In this document: positions 60,697-64,000 of the stretch, one piece after another
How the letters are laid out: the number at the start of each line of letters is the position of its first letter
Numbering within the stretch: the first letter of the stretch is position 1
Assembly (NCBI GenBank): GCA_050748485.1
Contig: JBOGPP010000106.1
Location: forward strand, 1,661-65,660
DNA from: Nitrososphaeraceae archaeon
Lineage (GTDB): Archaea > Thermoproteota > Nitrososphaeria > Nitrososphaerales > Nitrososphaeraceae
Length of the DNA stretch: 64,000 nt
Direction: 5' to 3'
Made by a program: the position numbers and the translations under genes
Notes under the pieces: generated by a model
Told to the model about the DNA's origin: nothing
What the model saw: the letters and a program-made list of their open reading frames with translations, nothing else
Database searches by the model: none

Positions 60697-61704
60697 TTAA
60701 TCAATAGTTAAGCCCCTGTTTTCTATTTCGATCGCCTCCGAGCACAAATTCAATCCTTTTAAGGCTACATTTATTGCTGGGATTATCTCCGGTCTAGCCA
60801 ACACAAGGACGCTGCCTCCTCCCCCCGCACCTGTGATTTTCGCTCCTAATGAACCACATCTGCTGCAAATACCGATAATCTTTTCAATTTCCTTATTGGA
60901 AACACCAATTTCTCTTAGCAATTTGTGATTTTCGGTCATTAGCCGACCAATTTCTTCTAGAGATCCGTTAGCCATCGCATTTACACCATTTGAACAGATT
61001 GCAGTTGCATCACTAGTTAATTCTTCGAAGTGCTTAGACCTGTTTCTACTAAATCTTCTCACATGGGATACTAACTCCGAAGTTTCATGACTTCTACGAG
61101 TGTTAATCAAAAAAAGCGGAAGGGGCTGACTCTTAATTGACGTAGTTTCAGTAAAACCGGCAAAATGGACAAGACCACCATACGTTGAGACGTAGCAGTC
61201 AACGCCCGATGATTTGTCATGTATCATTCGTTCGCCAGAGAGTGCGTATTCGCATATCCATCTTCTGTCGGTGGAAGATATTTCTTCGTCGTGGTTTCGC
61301 CTAATAATCGATCGTAAAATGCCGGACAACATGACACATGAAGCTGCGGAACTGCCCAGGCCTACTCCTATAGGTAATTCTGACTTGATGTATATTTTCA
61401 GTCCAATATCTGGCGCATACTCTCTGAGAATGTTTCTACAGAATGTGCTAAGTGGCTCGAGCAACTTCTTCTTAGACGGCTCATCTCTCACAGCGGCACG
61501 CTCTATCGTATATGAATTAGGTTTCATTTCAAGATCCGAAGCAATCGACATACCCAAATTCCCAGTAAATTCTGCCCTTCCAAAGCAACGTCTGTTTATG
61601 GCTGCTACGATAGCCTCGCTATTGTAAACTACAAAATGCTCACCAAAAATAATGACTTTGCCAGGCGCAGATGCACTCACATGAGGTCTATAAGTGATAT
61701 CCAT
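60697..61704 (-). CDS. mvk: Mevalonate kinase
   Basis: APGKVIIFGEHFVVY, P.GVGLGSSAA, H...SG.D, GAKITGAGGGG. Confidence 0.95.
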   Translation of the reverse strand: MDITYRPHVSASAPGKVIIFGEHFVVYNSEAIVAAINRRCFGRAEFTGNLGMSIASDLEMKPNSYTIERAAVRDEPSKKKLLEPLSTFCRNILREYAPDIGLKIYIKSELPIGVGLGSSAASCVMLSGILRSIIRRNHDEEISSTDRRWICEYALSGERMIHDKSSGVDCYVSTYGGLVHFAGFTETTSIKSQPLPLFLINTRRSHETSELVSHVRRFSRNRSKHFEELTSDATAICSNGVNAMANGSLEEIGRLMTENHKLLREIGVSNKEIEKIIGICSRCGSLGAKITGAGGGGSVLVLARPEIIPAINVALKGLNLCSEAIEIENRGLTID

Positions 61705-61713
61705 GCAAGATAA

Positions 61714-62571
61714 TCATACGAATAATATTGACGAGTATCCCACGACGGAAGACTTGTCTCCTGTTATGTCACCGCTGGTGGCATATCTAATTAGCTCCCC
61801 TCGCGTAGCGCCTCGATTTTTTGCTGCAACCATTACCGTCGCGATAGCACCATATCCACAAGCAGATACGTTGTACTCTCGTAGTGTGTGATAGAACGCG
61901 CTGATATCCAGTGAAAGAATTGACTTGATAAGTTGCGAGTCTTTTCGATGTGCTTCGGAATTTGATTCGTAATGAGTAAAATCAGATGATGCAATTAACA
62001 TAAACTCCTCTCCTTTAGAGCTCCACTCGTTTACAGTATCTGAGATGGCAGATCCAAGTTCAAGGGCCAGATATTCCTCTTGATTGGTCAAAATTATCGG
62101 AACTATTGCAAATTTCTCGGTAGTATACAACAAGAACGGAATCTGAACCTCTAGACAATGATCTCGGCTATGTGCAAACTCATCAAAATCCATTGACGTT
62201 GCTCTAGAAGCGATATCTTTTGCCACCTGTGGATTCACCATTACGTCACCTATCGGTGATTCCCAAATCCCATTCATTGTAGTGGCCACGGAGGAGCCCA
62301 AACCATAATGATTGGGCCCAACAAGTACGACGTTGTTAAATTTGGATGATGATATGCTGTAATAACCATTGGCAGCCACGCTCCCAGAGTACAGGTACCC
62401 CGCGTGGGGAGAAACTATCCCATAGATTTTTCTGACCTGGTCCGATGGAGGCAGACGTCCGGGTCCAAATATCTTATTTGTAAAGCACCCTTTCAATTCG
62501 CCAACCAGCTGCTCTTTATTAGAAGAATAGAAGATACCCGAAACGGAAGGTTTTCTTCTATAAGCACTCAA
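61714..62571 (-). CDS. MEMO1 family protein (AmmeMemoRadiSam protein B)
   Basis: R.P.V.G.FY, PHAGY.YSG, GPNH, DH.LEVQ.PF, ASSDFTHY, CG.G, Y.TSG. Confidence 0.95.
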   Translation of the reverse strand: MSAYRRKPSVSGIFYSSNKEQLVGELKGCFTNKIFGPGRLPPSDQVRKIYGIVSPHAGYLYSGSVAANGYYSISSSKFNNVVLVGPNHYGLGSSVATTMNGIWESPIGDVMVNPQVAKDIASRATSMDFDEFAHSRDHCLEVQIPFLLYTTEKFAIVPIILTNQEEYLALELGSAISDTVNEWSSKGEEFMLIASSDFTHYESNSEAHRKDSQLIKSILSLDISAFYHTLREYNVSACGYGAIATVMVAAKNRGATRGELIRYATSGDITGDKSSVVGYSSILFV

Positions 62572-63320
62572 CTCAGTTCCTCGACTAATTTGGTTTCAAA
62601 GTCTTCAATGGGAACTTTCATTTCACTGTCAGTCTTTATGACTCCTTGCTTTTTCAGTACCTCTCTTGCGAGTAACCAGTACACTGTCGCCAACGCCTTA
62701 CGGCCTCTGTTATTGGCAGGGATAACTACGTCAACCTTCGATGTCACATTGTCGCTGTTGCAGATAGCAATTACAGGGACTCCTGCTCTAGTTGCTTCCA
62801 GTACCGCCTGCTGATCTGCCTGAGGGTCTGTTACTATGACTATCTGTGGCTCCATGTATTTGGGCAGTGCTGGATTAGTGAAAGTGCCCGGCATGAATCT
62901 ACCTAAGATGTATTTTGCATTAGTAAGGTTGCAAAATTTTTCAACAGGTGTTTTTCCGTACTCTCTTGCAGAAGTAACGGCTACTTTGGAAATATCTGCT
63001 CGGCTTATGAACTTGGCAGCGATGTCAATGCGTGAGAGAGTCTTGCTAATATCGAGAATGTACAAGCCCTCTGGGTTAGCTCTAATTATAAAGGGCACCA
63101 TAAATTTTGTTTTCACAGGTGTCCCAACCCTAATACCCGTTGAGAGTATCATTTTTTCAAGGTTATCTTGTTCGGGAACATAATTTGCCTCTGAGGCTGA
63201 AGAGCTCTCAGAAGCCGATGACTCAACACTTGTTTCGGAATCCTTCAAGGATCCTGTATTCTCCGCAGCGTTCAAATCGTCTGATAAAGCAAGATTATCA
63301 CTTTCGTTGTCACTGGACAT
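62568..63320 (-). CDS. rps2: 30S ribosomal protein S2 (uS2) with acidic N-terminal extension
   Basis: GIRVGT, GRFMPGTFTNP, VTDP.AD.QA..EA, D..IP.NN.GR..LA.VYWLL.RE. Confidence 0.97.
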   Translation of the reverse strand: MSSDNESDNLALSDDLNAAENTGSLKDSETSVESSASESSSASEANYVPEQDNLEKMILSTGIRVGTPVKTKFMVPFIIRANPEGLYILDISKTLSRIDIAAKFISRADISKVAVTSAREYGKTPVEKFCNLTNAKYILGRFMPGTFTNPALPKYMEPQIVIVTDPQADQQAVLEATRAGVPVIAICNSDNVTSKVDVVIPANNRGRKALATVYWLLAREVLKKQGVIKTDSEMKVPIEDFETKLVEELS

Positions 63321-63321
63321 T

Positions 63322-63999
63322 TTAGGTTGAGCAGATTTCAGCCATGCCTTCTATTAAACCATACTCCCTAATCCTTACCAATTCATTTAACTTTGCGAGT
63401 CTTTCACCACCCAATATTCCGGTTTTTATCATCTTAGATCCAGTAGCTATTGAGATATGTGCAATATGGGAATCGGTAGACTCCCCTGATCTGTGAGAGG
63501 TGATAATTCCCACTCCCTCGCTTCTACAACCATTTGCGAATTGAAGCGCATCGTGCAGTGACCCGGCCTGATTTACTTTAAGTATAGCTCCAGAACACGC
63601 TCTATGCTTGGAAGCTATCGCCAACCTCGAGACGTTGGTAACAAGCATGTCATCTCCAGTGATATAACATCCAGAATTTGCTCTGGTAAGCAACGACATT
63701 CCTGGAAAATCCTCCTCATTGACCGGATCTTCGGCGTATATAAGTTTGTAACTTTTAATTAGACCATTAACATAATCAATCTGTTCTTCAGAATTAAGAG
63801 CCTTTCCTTTCCTACTATAATTGTATTTCTTAGCTTTTTTATCCCACAGGGATGAACTAGCAAAGTCGATACCCATTGCTACATTCTGGCCCAAATTGAA
63901 TCCGGCATTCTCGATGGCTTTTTCCGTAATTTGTAATGCTTCGTCATTGGTCACATTGGGCGCCCATGCTCCTTCATCGCCTCTACCATATGTAAATTT
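63322..63999 (-). CDS. eno: Enolase, C-terminal part (5' end beyond the window)
   Basis: Frame open to the window edge (GRGDEGAWAP), D.ASS, EDP, GDD, LKVNQ.G, SHRSGES, KTG...GER.AKLN.L.RI. Confidence 0.95.
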   Translation of the reverse strand, partial: KFTYGRGDEGAWAPNVTNDEALQITEKAIENAGFNLGQNVAMGIDFASSSLWDKKAKKYNYSRKGKALNSEEQIDYVNGLIKSYKLIYAEDPVNEEDFPGMSLLTRANSGCYITGDDMLVTNVSRLAIASKHRACSGAILKVNQAGSLHDALQFANGCRSEGVGIITSHRSGESTDSHIAHISIATGSKMIKTGILGGERLAKLNELVRIREYGLIEGMAEICST

Positions 64000-64000
64000 G

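Overview
Core-genome segment of an ammonia-oxidising-type archaeon (Nitrososphaerota/Thaumarchaeota, most like Nitrososphaeraceae). This is inferred from archaeal PriS/PriL, LSm, uS2 and GluRS together with bacterial-type MetK, uvrBAC, an Amt/PII locus and PsbP-like and MEDS-like proteins. Left to right: argS; two secreted-protein genes; ABC-2 permease; wHTH; all-alpha dUTPase; LSm-metK-SDR; a cobalamin cluster (cbiD, cbiG, cbiX, cbiC, cbiA); uvrBAC; a stand-alone RelA/SpoT-type HD hydrolase; an etfB-etfA-fixC/fixX-fusion operon; a peroxiredoxin-like protein; amt plus two atypical PII genes; a candidate box C/D sRNA; a nucleotide-sugar dehydrogenase/mtnA/DUF59-PqqD/TrmB-like operon; priS/priL; glyS; FNR; a GDGT-ring-synthase-like radical SAM; Nudix; tRNA-Ala(GGC); a chorismate-lyase/UbiA(MenA)/UbiE(MenG)/kinase cluster; AMMECR1; a GT28 glycosyltransferase; a dead C39-TPR protein; and the conserved archaeal eno-rps2-MEMO1-mvk-ipk-fni-GGPPS-gltX superoperon. 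No CRISPR array, integrase, transposase or rRNA was seen. The best leads are the bifurcating-type ETF/FixCX fusion with its neighbouring alarmone-hydrolase-like gene, the DUF59-PqqD (RRE) fusion, the Grs-like enzyme with the quinone/lipid-tailoring cluster, the PII pair lacking nucleotide-binding residues, the C/D sRNA candidate, an amber-interrupted secreted gene, and a UvrC without its HhH domain. All family assignments are by motif recognition; no database searches were run.
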